A stretch of DNA of 64,000 nucleotides, taken from the NCBI GenBank assembly GCA_000146045.2, contig BK006946.2:160001-224000 (forward strand). Reading direction: 5' to 3'. A model generated the notes under the pieces. It was given only the letters and a program-made list of their open reading frames with translations. It made no database searches and was not told where the DNA came from. Shown one piece after another: positions 1 through 10,401 of this stretch. Made by a program: the position numbers and the translations under genes. This stretch comes from TPA_inf: Saccharomyces. Taxonomy: Eukaryota. Every line of letters begins with the position of its first letter. Within the stretch, counting starts at the first letter, position 1.

Positions 1-179
1 CCGAGACAAATGAGAAAATGTCCTAAAAATACCTTTCATCAAGACTCCTATTTTTCCTTAGAAAAAACATATATCCAACTGGAACAGTATTAAGCCAATT
101 GCTACGATACAAACAAAAGGAGATATTCCTTCCCTCCCATAGAGTCACACAGGAGCCAGTACTTCTTCTTGAACCCGCA

Positions 180-1994
180 ATGTCTTCAGACGCTATAAGA
201 AATACTGAGCAGATAAACGCCGCTATTAAAATTATAGAAAACAAAACAGAGCGTCCGCAATCGTCCACAACCCCTATAGATTCGAAGGCTAGTACAGTTG
301 CTGCTGCTAATTCCACGGCCACAGAAACTTCCAGAGACCTTACACAATATACCCTAGATGACGGAAGAGTCGTATCGACAAACCGCAGAATAATGAATAA
401 AGTGCCCGCCATCACGTCACATGTTCCTACAGATGAAGAGCTGTTCCAGCCCAATGGGATACCTCGTCACGAATTCCTAAGAGATCATTTCAAGCGCGAG
501 GGCAAATTGTCGGCTGCGCAGGCGGCCAGGATCGTTACACTTGCAACGGAACTCTTCAGCAAAGAACCCAACCTTATATCTGTTCCCGCCCCAATCACAG
601 TTTGCGGTGATATCCATGGCCAGTACTTTGACCTTTTGAAGCTATTCGAAGTTGGCGGAGATCCGGCCACTACATCGTATTTGTTCTTGGGAGACTATGT
701 CGACAGAGGGTCCTTTTCGTTTGAGTGTCTTATTTATTTATATTCTTTGAAGCTGAATTTTAACGACCATTTCTGGCTACTGAGGGGTAACCACGAATGT
801 AAGCATCTAACGTCATATTTCACTTTCAAAAATGAAATGCTGCACAAGTACAATCTAGATATTTACGAGAAATGCTGCGAATCGTTTAACAACTTGCCCC
901 TGGCTGCGTTAATGAACGGACAGTATCTTTGTGTTCATGGTGGTATATCTCCCGAGTTAAACTCTTTACAGGACATTAACAACCTAAATAGATTCAGGGA
1001 GATTCCCTCTCATGGCCTGATGTGTGATCTGTTGTGGGCTGACCCGATTGAAGAGTACGACGAAGTCTTGGATAAAGACTTGACTGAGGAAGACATAGTG
1101 AACTCCAAAACCATGGTTCCTCATCATGGCAAGATGGCACCTTCAAGGGATATGTTTGTCCCAAACTCAGTAAGGGGCTGTTCATATGCCTTCACGTATC
1201 GTGCTGCGTGCCATTTTCTGCAAGAGACTGGCCTGTTGTCCATCATCAGGGCACACGAGGCTCAAGACGCTGGTTATAGAATGTACAAAAATACCAAGAC
1301 TTTGGGCTTTCCCTCTCTTTTGACCCTTTTCAGTGCGCCTAACTACTTGGACACCTACAATAATAAGGCTGCCATATTGAAATACGAAAATAATGTTATG
1401 AATATCAGACAATTCAACATGACTCCACACCCCTATTGGTTACCAGATTTCATGGACGTTTTCACGTGGTCCTTGCCATTTGTTGGTGAAAAAGTTACAG
1501 AGATGCTTGTCGCAATTCTAAACATCTGTACTGAAGATGAGCTGGAAAACGACACCCCCGTCATTGAAGAATTAGTTGGTACCGATAAAAAATTGCCACA
1601 AGCTGGTAAGTCGGAAGCAACTCCACAACCAGCCACTTCGGCGTCGCCTAAACATGCTTCCATTTTAGATGACGAACATCGAAGGAAAGCCTTACGAAAT
1701 AAGATTCTGGCCGTCGCCAAAGTTTCCAGAATGTATTCTGTTCTCAGAGAAGAAACCAATAAAGTTCAGTTTTTAAAAGATCACAATTCAGGCGTGTTGC
1801 CACGTGGCGCTTTATCTAATGGTGTAAAGGGTTTAGATGAAGCCCTGTCTACCTTTGAAAGGGCAAGAAAGCACGATTTAATTAATGAAAAATTACCGCC
1901 TTCACTAGACGAACTGAAAAACGAAAATAAGAAGTACTACGAAAAAGTTTGGCAGAAAGTACATGAACATGATGCAAAGAATGATAGCAAATAG
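180..1994 (+). CDS. CMP2: Calcineurin A catalytic subunit (PP2B Ser/Thr phosphatase), 604 aa
   Basis: ORF 99..1994 trimmed to the first ATG at 180 (the track start at 99 is TTG). Metallophosphatase motifs GDIHGQ, GDYVDRG and GNHE are present, with a C-terminal calmodulin-binding and autoinhibitory tail. The 604-aa length matches what I recall for CMP2/CNA2. Confidence 0.9.
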
Positions 1995-2193
1995 AGAAAG
2001 CTCCTATTTCCACTGTACATACTTCAATAAGTAAGTAAGTTGCATTAATTATCTATTTAGAAGCTAGATGCTCCTCAAATGCACAGAATCATATAGCGTT
2101 TTATTAGGTCTGTTCTTTATTTTAGTTTTGTTGATCTCTATGAAGGTATATTTATATGCAAAAATAAACTTTTAAATATCTATGGATGCTTAC

Positions 2194-3308
2194 TCAATTG
2201 TATAGACGTTTTTCATAGGAGTGCAAATTATGGACACCACCTTCTAATTGAGCAGAAGCGGTTCTGAATTCAAATCTAACTTCACCATTTTGAACATTCT
2301 CTTTCAATGAAGTTAGAGATTCGCAACCAATGTCTTGACAAGAATGTTGTAAACCGTTGTACAAATATGGAATAAACTTCTTGATGGAACCTTTGTCTAC
2401 GACAGCCCCAGAAACACCTTGTGCAACCAAGACACTGTCTGACTCAGAGAAATAACGAGAAGTAGAGGCATTACCCTTGTTACCGGTCTTTTGCATGGCG
2501 TCAATGGACCCCATACCACGATAAGCCTTCAATCTCTTACCATCCTTGTAGAAGTATTCACCTGGTGACTCGGTAGTACCAGCTAACATACCACCCATCA
2601 TGACGGTGGAGGAACCAAGGGCCAAAGCCTTGGTGATGTGGCCAATGTTTTGGACACCACCATCAGCCATACATGGAACGCCAAATTGGTTAGCAAATTG
2701 ACAAACGTTGTAGACAGCTGTACCTTGTGGTCTACCACAAGCCATAACTTCTTGAGTGATACAAATAGACCCAGAACCCATACCAATTCTTAAACCATCG
2801 GCACCGGCAGCAATCAAGTTAGCAGCTTGTTCTCTGGTGGCAACGTTACCAGCAATGATTTCCAAATCTGGGAAAGTTTCTTTAATCCATTTGATCATGT
2901 TCAATTGGAAAACAGAGTTACCTTGAGAGGAATCTAAGATAACAACATCCAAACCTGCTTCGACTAATAGTCTTAATCTTTCCTTATCAGCTTCGATAGT
3001 ACCAATTGCAGCACCACATAGCAATTGCTTGGTGGTGGCGGATTTAGAAGCTAACGGGTAGTTTTGATTCTTCATCAAATCCGCTCTTGACAACATGGAA
3101 ACGAGGTTACCGTTATCATCAACGATAAGCAATTTACCTTTCTTGGTTTGTTTTAGGATTTCATTACCTTCTTTCAAAGTAATACCCTTGATGCCAGTAA
3201 CTGGATTTTTAGTCATGACTTCAGAAACAACCAAAGAATCATCTTCTAAGAATTGTATATCACGAGAGGTGACTAACCCAACTAACTTACCTGGACACTT
3301 ACCGTCTT
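2194..3308 (-). CDS. IMD4: IMP dehydrogenase, exon 2 (codons 154-524 plus stop)
   Basis: IMPDH sequence with the catalytic loop GSICIT and CBS domains. The 3' splice site is cag|AAGACGGT on the minus strand. TACTAAC branchpoint is the reverse complement of 3420..3426. Splicing rebuilds ...[12 protein letters not shown]. Confidence 0.88.
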
Positions 3309-3716
3309 CTGTGTTCAAAAAGATGTACTTGTTTCCTTTTATTTTCTCAACTTTATGAAGACTGAAGAAATTTTCAGCCCAGCCAGAAAAGAAAAAAAAT
3401 AACAGTATTTACATAGCAATGTTAGTAAAATAAGCCACATATTTTTTTATCACATATATTAAGTTCCTCAAGTGCACTGCACGTCAATTAATCACACATA
3501 ATGGGCTTTCCGAAAAAGGTGCGAATATGATTTAATTCAGAGTAAAAGTTCTCTACAAGATCGTTTGATCACAGTCAGTAGAACGAAAGTTATTGATATA
3601 AAAAGTTGATCATCATCTTAGATCTTTTTCACACCTTGGAAAACTTTATGGATGATTAAAAAGCGCATTCTAATGAAAGAAACATAATACCAAAAATTTT
3701 GTCTATTATAACATAC

Positions 3717-4176
3717 CAGTAACTGGGAAGCCAGAGAAACCAAACTTTCTCTTCATAACCTTAACTTCACCAACAGTGGTGGTTGGAGAAATTACTATTG
3801 GAGAATTGATGAAACCGTTTTCAAACATTTTAACTTTCTTGACCATGGAAGCCTGTTCCTTTGGAGTACAGTTGTGATGGATGAAACCAATACCACCCAA
3901 TAAAGCCATATAAATAGCCATATCAGCTTCAGTGACTGTGTCCATAGGAGAAGAGACAAAAGGAGTGTTCAAAGTGATTTTCTTGGTCAATTTGGTTTGC
4001 AAACTGACAGCAGAAGATGGGAAATTGACCAAGCCTGGTAAGACCAAAAAATCATTGTAGGTCAACCCACCTCTAGTTGTGGAGTCCATCAATTCCTGGA
4101 CAGAAAGACCGTCCTTGGAACTGTATGTCTTCAAATGTTCTAAAGCCTTTTTGTAATCCAATGGAGCAGCACTCAT
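3717..4176 (-). CDS. IMD4: IMP dehydrogenase, exon 1 (MSAAPLDYK... to ...GFPVT plus 1 nt)
   Basis: ATG at 4176 (minus). The exon ends at 3717, followed by a GTATGT donor (reverse complement of 3711..3716). The intron is 3309..3716 (408 nt). Joined length is 524 aa. Confidence 0.88.
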
Positions 4177-4789
4177 CGTAAAATGTTTGTTAGGTTTCTT
4201 CAAAGCTATGGAATTGGTCCAATATCCTTTGGTTCAAGCAGCAAAGAAGACCAGAGAAAATGTAAAAGCCACCATTTTTTCGTAAAAAAATTTAAGCCCA
4301 AGAGTTTGAGAAAAAGAGATGAAAAAATGCGATGAGCCAAGCATGATTTGAATCGGATGGATTCTCAACTGATATTTATATGGCTTTTTCAGTTTTTTTT
4401 TTTTTTTTTTTTTTTTTCAGCATCTCGAAGAGCAAAAAAAAGGAACGAAAAAGTGCCACGGCAAAGAGTTTTTCACATTAGGGCTGCCAGAAAGAAAAGA
4501 GTAAGCAGATTTGAGGATTAAAAGCACTAGTGCGTCCCTCAAGTCTATCATAACAATTTTATGTATTGATGGAGTGTAGTTGTTTTTTAAATAGTACCAT
4601 TAGCTAGCTTCTTGTAAGATCAATGTACTTTTGTAAAGGAATATGCCTTCTTGATGAGGCGGAACCTTTAAGAGATTTTTTCAGTTCTGCAAAATCATAC
4701 CAGACAAAAAATGACAATTGTACACGTTGAAACGGAATTATAGAAGGAAAAGCACAAGTTATTGTAAGGAAAAGAGACGCCTGTTCAAG

Positions 4790-5326
4790 ATGAGTTCTGC
4801 TAAACCTATTAATGTATATTCAATCCCGGAGTTGAACCAAGCTTTAGATGAAGCCCTACCTTCTGTTTTCGCGAGATTAAATTACGAGAGATCATACGCT
4901 TTACTCGATGCTAAATTGTACATAGGTTATTCCATAGCTGTTGTAGCTGGTTTGAGTTTCTTCTTGGATAAAAAATTTGAGAGAGATCAGATTGTTACGT
5001 ATCAAAAGCTTTTGGTAGGCGCATATTTTGTGCTCTCGCTACTTTTCTGGTATTTCTCTCGTTTTATTGAAAAGGGGACTGTTTATGTGGGAAAGAGAAG
5101 AGGTACAAAGGAGGAAATATATGTAAAGACAAAGTTCGAAAAGAACGAACCATTATATCTGGTTGAGCTTGTTCAGAAAAAAAAGGGAGAAAACTCCAAG
5201 AAGGAGTTGAAGGCAAAATTAGAAGTGAATAAGGTTTTTAATGAAAGTGGATATTTACAGAACGATGCGTATTTTAAGTGGTTCTCTGAACAGCACAATG
5301 TCCTCGACACCAAAAAAAATGAATAA
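4790..5326 (+). CDS. SPC2: Signal peptidase complex subunit, 178 aa
   Basis: ORF 4718..5326 trimmed to the ATG at 4790 (MSSAKPINVY...). Small membrane protein, and the length matches SPC2. Confidence 0.85.
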   Translation: MSSAKPINVYSIPELNQALDEALPSVFARLNYERSYALLDAKLYIGYSIAVVAGLSFFLDKKFERDQIVTYQKLLVGAYFVLSLLFWYFSRFIEKGTVYVGKRRGTKEEIYVKTKFEKNEPLYLVELVQKKKGENSKKELKAKLEVNKVFNESGYLQNDAYFKWFSEQHNVLDTKKNE

Positions 5327-5532
5327 ATAATGTATAAAACATATAACTTTGCAAATGATTCAAAAATTCAAATTTTCTCTCTCTCTCTCTATAAACATAA
5401 ATATATATGTGTATATGTTTTCTTTTTTTTTTTTTTTTTTTTTTGAATGATATTAAGTTATACGAATGTTCGATAATATATATGTATGAATAAATAAAAA
5501 GTTTTTAAAGTAGCCTTAAAGCTAGGCTATAA

Positions 5533-7308
5533 TCATGCATCCTCAAATTCTGTTAAAGTAGGTCCCTCATAAACTTCATTATACAGCACGTCGTTTGGTA
5601 CTCCAACTGTTCTTGCCTTTAGTGTTGATAGATCTAAAAGATCAGGCTTCAATTCCGCAATGCTAGTAACACCTAATAGTCTCATAGACATTTCAATTTC
5701 ATCTCTTAAAATTTCAATGGCTTTTTCAACACCATTACGACCATAGCATGAGTTCGCATACAAGAATGGTCTACCCAAACCAACACCTTTAGCACCTAGA
5801 CATAACGCTTTCAAGACATCTGTACCACGACGAACACCACCGTCCACGAAAACTTCCAACTTATCCTTCAAGTTACGTTGTTCCAGGATTGGCATGGTTT
5901 CAGCCAGGACTTCAATGGGAGCCCTTGAAAAATCTAATTGTCTACCACCATGATTGGATAGAACCACCCCACTTACACCGATTTCTGCTGCTTTGATAAC
6001 ATCTTCGGTACGTTGAACACCTTTGATAACAATAGGTAGTTTTGTCTTTTTCTTCAACTCTTCTATATCTTTCCAAGTCAAAGAGGGGTCAATAAACTTT
6101 GATAACGCTCTCGAAGCACCTTGAGATTCTTCTACATTAGTTTTCTTCATCGCTTTTGGACCAGCCTTTGTATTGGAAAATTTCAGCTTCATATCTTTTT
6201 CTCTTTGACCTAAACTTGGAGCATCCACAGTGACAAATAATGCCTTTACACCCAGCTTTTCTACATTTTTAACCAAATCATCAGTGATCTTTCTATCAGA
6301 GTTAACATATAGTTGGTACCATTGAATTTGTTTATCAGAGGGTGCTGCTTCAATAATTTCCTCAGGGGAACATGAAGCCAAAGTAGATATCATTTGTGGG
6401 ACTTTTGTCACACCTTGGCCACAACCTCTGGCGACATCTTTTTCACCTTCTAAGGGGTTTCCCAGTTTACACAAAGCTGTAGCAGACACGTAGAAGGGAA
6501 CATCCACATGAGAACCCAACATGTCAGTTGAAATGTCTACTTTGCGTACATCTACAAGGATCTTTGGTTTGAAAAAAATCCTATGATAAGCATTATGGTT
6601 TTCTCTGTGAGTAACTTCGTCGTTAGCACCGGAGGAATAGTAGGCCCACGCTTGTTTAGTCAAAGTTTGAGAGGCCAAGTATTCAAAGTCGTAAAGGTTA
6701 ATAATATTATCTAGAGGAGGTAGCAGCGATTTTAGTTGTTCTTTTCTAGCGATATCTTCCTTAGTTTCACCAGGAGCATAAGGAGGACAGACAAGTTCAG
6801 GAGGCATGGATCCTTGAAGGGGACCCAATTTTTTCTCGGGAGCTATATACTTATCGATGACATTAGGAGCATGTAGTGGTTCAAAAATAGCAGTGACATC
6901 TTTCCCGGCGTTAAACTTGATAACATCCTGCCCACCTGGATGATTTGGTAGGAATCGCGTTAAGTCGTATACGTAACCATTGATCACAACCCAACAATCA
7001 TCGGGCTTGTTATGCTTGGCAACTTCAGCGGGCGAAATCTTTTGTTTATTCATATCCAGTTTCGGCTCGTTGTCTATTTGGCCATTATGCCAGTTTAGAT
7101 ACGCCACGGAACTAGTAGCGGCTAGAATTGCACCGACTCTCAAGGCAGTCCATGACTGTGTGCGTTTTCTTGAGTCTTGTTCGAACGACTTGGATTTTGG
7201 AACGGTAGAACCGTACGCGCGGATTGTGTTCAATCTAGTCTTAGACGCTCTGAGGATAGCAGCCTCACAGTTCTTCGAGATTTTTAGTAAAGGTTTGTAT
7301 TTTAGCAT
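5533..7308 (-). CDS. CYB2: L-lactate:cytochrome c oxidoreductase (flavocytochrome b2), 591 aa
   Basis: N-terminal mitochondrial presequence, a cytochrome b5-like heme domain (HPGG), and an FMN-dependent alpha-hydroxy acid dehydrogenase domain. ATG verified at 7308 on the minus strand. Confidence 0.93.
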   Translation of the reverse strand: MLKYKPLLKISKNCEAAILRASKTRLNTIRAYGSTVPKSKSFEQDSRKRTQSWTALRVGAILAATSSVAYLNWHNGQIDNEPKLDMNKQKISPAEVAKHNKPDDCWVVINGYVYDLTRFLPNHPGGQDVIKFNAGKDVTAIFEPLHAPNVIDKYIAPEKKLGPLQGSMPPELVCPPYAPGETKEDIARKEQLKSLLPPLDNIINLYDFEYLASQTLTKQAWAYYSSGANDEVTHRENHNAYHRIFFKPKILVDVRKVDISTDMLGSHVDVPFYVSATALCKLGNPLEGEKDVARGCGQGVTKVPQMISTLASCSPEEIIEAAPSDKQIQWYQLYVNSDRKITDDLVKNVEKLGVKALFVTVDAPSLGQREKDMKLKFSNTKAGPKAMKKTNVEESQGASRALSKFIDPSLTWKDIEELKKKTKLPIVIKGVQRTEDVIKAAEIGVSGVVLSNHGGRQLDFSRAPIEVLAETMPILEQRNLKDKLEVFVDGGVRRGTDVLKALCLGAKGVGLGRPFLYANSCYGRNGVEKAIEILRDEIEMSMRLLGVTSIAELKPDLLDLSTLKARTVGVPNDVLYNEVYEGPTLTEFEDA

Positions 7309-7944
7309 TGACTACTTTTGTTTGCTTTCTTCTCTATGCGGGAACTGTATTAGCGACATAGGATGTAAGAATACGAAAAGATGCAAGAAGATTAGTCGAC
7401 CAGGTACTTATATATTCACATACTCCAACTGAAAGTATTGGAGATCTAAGGTTCAGCAGTTGGTTCTTGGCGGTTCTTGTATGACATTATTATTGGTCGG
7501 GTCGTAGTTCTCTCGAACAGGAGGAGGGGGCAAGGAGATATCGGCAGGCTTTTTGCTAGCGCCTTGTTTGAAAAGCGTGGGGGTAGGTCTCCAAGCGATT
7601 ATTGAGGAAGTAGTTTCAAGTATTACAGAGTCCAGGGCACAAGGGTCTTCATTATAGAGAGAGAATTTTCGTGAAAAAAATGGGCAGAATGCCACATGTT
7701 AGCAATGCAACGACTTGAGTGGGGGGTGATCCTTCCGATGTATGCGTGAAAGATCTCGTGTTGTGCAGGAAAGGGAATCATTTCGGAAAAAAAAGATGCA
7801 ACAAGGAGGATGGCATGTGGATACTACGTTCTTGCGTAATATCCTTTTTGTTGCCTGTGTTAATACGTGAGCAACATTTTTTGTTAAAGTAGGCGATCAA
7901 CTATTGCCCCCTGATATTGGTAGTAATTCTGCTAAAATATCGGC

Positions 7945-8263
7945 TGAGAAATGGTGATTCTCAAATAATTGCTGGGATTCCACTGGATATGGCCCCATTC
8001 TTAGATATATGGAACGTAGTAGAAGGCCTCTTAGAGGCTATGGGAGTCTCTCAAGAGAAAATCGACATTTTTACGTAATCATTCGTTCATTTCACTTTAT
8101 ACGTCATGATTCAATATCGTATTACTTTATCAAGTACCCGCGTTTAAACTTCATTAAATGACTGCGTCTCAATCTTTATGTCATCCTCCCTCCGCAAGTG
8201 ACAATGTACTGGTAAAATAAAAACTAACTAACTAGATGATATTTTTAGAGTTTTATTCCAACG
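7945..8263 (-). repeat. Degenerate delta-like solo LTR (older Ty1/Ty2-family LTR remnant)
   Basis: In reverse complement it reads cgTTGGAATAAAACTC...ATGGAATCCCAGCAATTATTTGAGAATCACCATTTCTCA. This is collinear with delta LTRs, including the TYA start region, but strongly diverged. The boundaries are approximate. Confidence 0.55.
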
Positions 8264-8348
8264 TTTCTCAATAGGCGATGGAGGAACAGAGTGAATATAA
8301 GAGGCTCTGTGGATTTATGGTTACCGGATTTATTTCGTAAATTCTTAT

Positions 8349-8681
8349 TGAAGAATGGGTGAATTTTGAGATAATCGTTGGGATTCCATTTTTAATAAGG
8401 CAATAATATTAGGTATGTAGAATGTACTAGAAGTTCTCCTCGAGGATTTAGGAATCCATAAAAGGGAATCTGCAATTCTACACAATTCTATAAATATTAT
8501 TATCATCATTTTATATGTTAATATTCATTGATCCTATTACATTATCAATCCTTGCGTTTCAGCTTCCACTAATTTAGATGACTATTTCTCATCATTTGCG
8601 TCATCTTCTAACACCGTATATGATAATATACTAGTAACGTAAATACTAGTTAGTAGATGATAGTTGATTTTTATTCCAACA
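8349..8681 (-). mobile_element. Solo delta LTR (Ty1/Ty2-type, 333 bp) flanked by a 5-bp target-site duplication CTTAT
   Basis: In reverse complement it begins TGTTGGAATAAAAATCAACTATCATCTACTAACTAGTATTTACG... and ends ...ATGGAATCCCAACGATTATCTCAAAATTCACCCATTCTTCA. CTTAT sits at 8344..8348 and again at 8682..8686. The element lies 113 bp upstream of tRNA-Tyr. Confidence 0.8.
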
Positions 8682-8794
8682 CTTATATTCTATATATCCA
8701 TAACATTGTCTACATATAATCCGAGAGGTTACGACAACATTCATATAATAAGGGTAGTACTGACACTTTATTTTGAAGTAAATCAAAATAGTCA

Positions 8795-8883
8795 CTCTCG
8801 GTAGCCAAGTTGGTTTAAGGCGCAAGACTGTAATTTACCACTACGAAATCTTGAGATCGGGCGTTCGACTCGCCCCCGGGAGA
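8795..8883 (+). tRNA. tY(GUA): tRNA-Tyr (GUA) with a 14-nt intron (8834..8847)
   Basis: CTCTCGGTAGCCAAGTTGGTTTAAGGCGCAAGACTGTAA[tttaccactacgaa]ATCTTGAGATCGGGCGTTCGACTCGCCCCCGGGAGA. This matches the yeast tRNA-Tyr sequence, and a T-run terminator follows. Confidence 0.95.
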
Positions 8884-9115
8884 TATTTTTTTTCCCTTTT
8901 TCTCCAGGCCTAGTGAGGTTTGAGTTTTGAACGTTTTATAGATAGATGTAAGGTAGCCAGAATGAGCACTTAGCCTTTAAAGTAAATTGAGTAGAGATAC
9001 GTAAACAGTCGTGATAAATATGTAATACATTGTATTATTTTAAATAGGTTAAATTTTCTTTTTTTTTTTTCCATTTCATTTTCATTTTCATTTCCTGCAG
9101 TTATTTTTTTTCTTA

Positions 9116-9754
9116 TTAATCTATATCCATGTAATCGTTAGCGATATTGTTGTTAGTCAACGCGGCCATGGCAGTACCGGGTGCTTGTGATGCAATTATA
9201 CTTTGGGATGGTAGAAGATGATACTGGTGTTGTATAATACTAGCACTTCCAGTAGGACTCGTGCCTGTTATGTCGCGATTAGTGTTACCGAAATAACCAT
9301 GAATCATGTACTCTTCTGTTTCAGAATAAAATTCAGATTCGTTCAGTAAGCGGCTGTTCATAGTGTGGTGCATACTAACCGGTTTCAGGGGACATATTTC
9401 GATATTTTTTTTATAATGAATATTATTGTAGGTTGCAGTATTATTGCTGTTATTATGATTATGGTTATTATTATTATTATTGTTGTTGTTGTTGTTGTTG
9501 ATGATGATGTTGTTGTTGTTGTTATTAAGATTAGCACACCCGGAACCGACCGAAAACTTTGTACTTACAGAATCTCGTTTTGTTCTCTTCGATCTTTGGT
9601 AGAAAGTGTGTGTATCAAACTCGAAATGGTCATTTTTTCTTTTATTCATGATCGTATCATTATTGGCGTCGCTGTTGTATGTAGTGGCGGCATTGCTACC
9701 GGAATTGCAATTGTTTGTTTGGAACGCAGTATTGTGTTCATAGTATGAGAGCAT
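9116..9754 (-). CDS. Uncharacterized Asn-rich protein, 212 aa (YML053C)
   Basis: The track ORF 9116..9766 starts on GTG. The first ATG is at 9754, giving MLSYYEHNTAF... The protein has a long poly-Asn tract encoded by (AAC/AAT)n. Confidence 0.75.
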   Translation of the reverse strand: MLSYYEHNTAFQTNNCNSGSNAATTYNSDANNDTIMNKRKNDHFEFDTHTFYQRSKRTKRDSVSTKFSVGSGCANLNNNNNNIIINNNNNNNNNNNNHNHNNSNNTATYNNIHYKKNIEICPLKPVSMHHTMNSRLLNESEFYSETEEYMIHGYFGNTNRDITGTSPTGSASIIQHQYHLLPSQSIIASQAPGTAMAALTNNNIANDYMDID

Positions 9755-10401
9755 TTCACGCAGCACACTTGAGTCTTAAATTAATGAATAAAAGCAGCCA
9801 ACCCCAAGAAAAAAGAGCCCTTATCTGTTTCTGTCGCAGTCCTATTGTATTCTTCCTAACTATATAATTTTGTCAAAATGAAAAATATAAAAAAAATAAT
9901 AAAGTCAGCTGAGTGGTAAAGAGAAAGCAAAGGGAGAGAAAAATCGGTTACCCAGATGGATTAGGTTACCCAGATGTCATACGTGTATCATGATTTCTAG
10001 AAATTATTACCCTGTTTGGTACCATGACAACGGATATGGCAATCTTGCATTAAGTAAAATGTCTCTAATGGGACCGTGAAGGTACAAAACAGCAATGGTC
10101 TAGGTAGTGGCATTCGAAGCTTCGAAAGCGTGGCCTCGCCTCGAGCGTGAAGTCATATTTTCTCACTCTGCACTGCCGTGCTGTGCCATGTAGCCCACTG
10201 TATGCCTCTAGCACCCCAATCGGGAAAATTGTAAACATTAGCAGGTGTCGCCTCGAGGCCCCCGATACATTTTTCAACATCTCCTCGATACTTAAACAGC
10301 AAACAAACAAGCAACACCCACGCAAGAAGATTTATTAATACCTCTTGACTCCCGTAGATATTGAAGAGACTAAGTATAGTAACGCATATCCGCACAATAC
10401 T

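Noticed and set aside
99-179. N-terminal extensions in the ORF track for CMP2, IMD4 exon 2, YML053C, CAT2, YOX1 and RPS18B exon 2
   Set aside because: The track translates TTG/GTG starts as M. I checked each case at nucleotide level and the first codon is not ATG. The true starts are at the first ATG or at a splice acceptor.
23-454. 143-aa minus-strand ORF overlapping CMP2. Similar antisense or overlapping short ORFs (60-150 aa) occur across the window, for example 485..670, 994..1759, 2598..2786, 3095..3358, 6980..7432, 14854..18000, 19140..19325, 21554..21861, 47036..48415, 50157..50969, 52476..53384, 54001..55036, 55591..56209, 56686..56958, 57799..59884, 60295..60724, 62538..63060 and 63194..63424.
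   Set aside because: All lie inside or antisense to well-supported conserved genes. They have no recognisable domains and low-complexity composition typical of chance ORFs. The antisense of TSA1 and RPS18B is codon-biased sequence read backwards.
4718-4789. 24-codon upstream extension of SPC2 (MYTLKRNYRRKSTSYCKEKRRLFK)
   Set aside because: The extension is in-frame, but the conserved 178-aa SPC2 begins at the ATG at 4790. The extension is basic low-complexity sequence in the promoter region.
7453-7695. 80-aa ORF in the CYB2 promoter region, plus ORFs 10065..10395 and 60993..61229 in the SUR7 and YOX1 upstream regions
   Set aside because: These are promoter regions of divergent or tandem genes. 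The ORFs are short, have no supporting features and sit in GC-skewed regulatory DNA.
10128-10262. GC-rich segments sharing CGCCTCGAG (at about 10135 and 10250) upstream of SUR7
   Set aside because: A short 9-bp direct repeat that could arise by chance. I recognise no binding motif, so I did not raise it as a finding.
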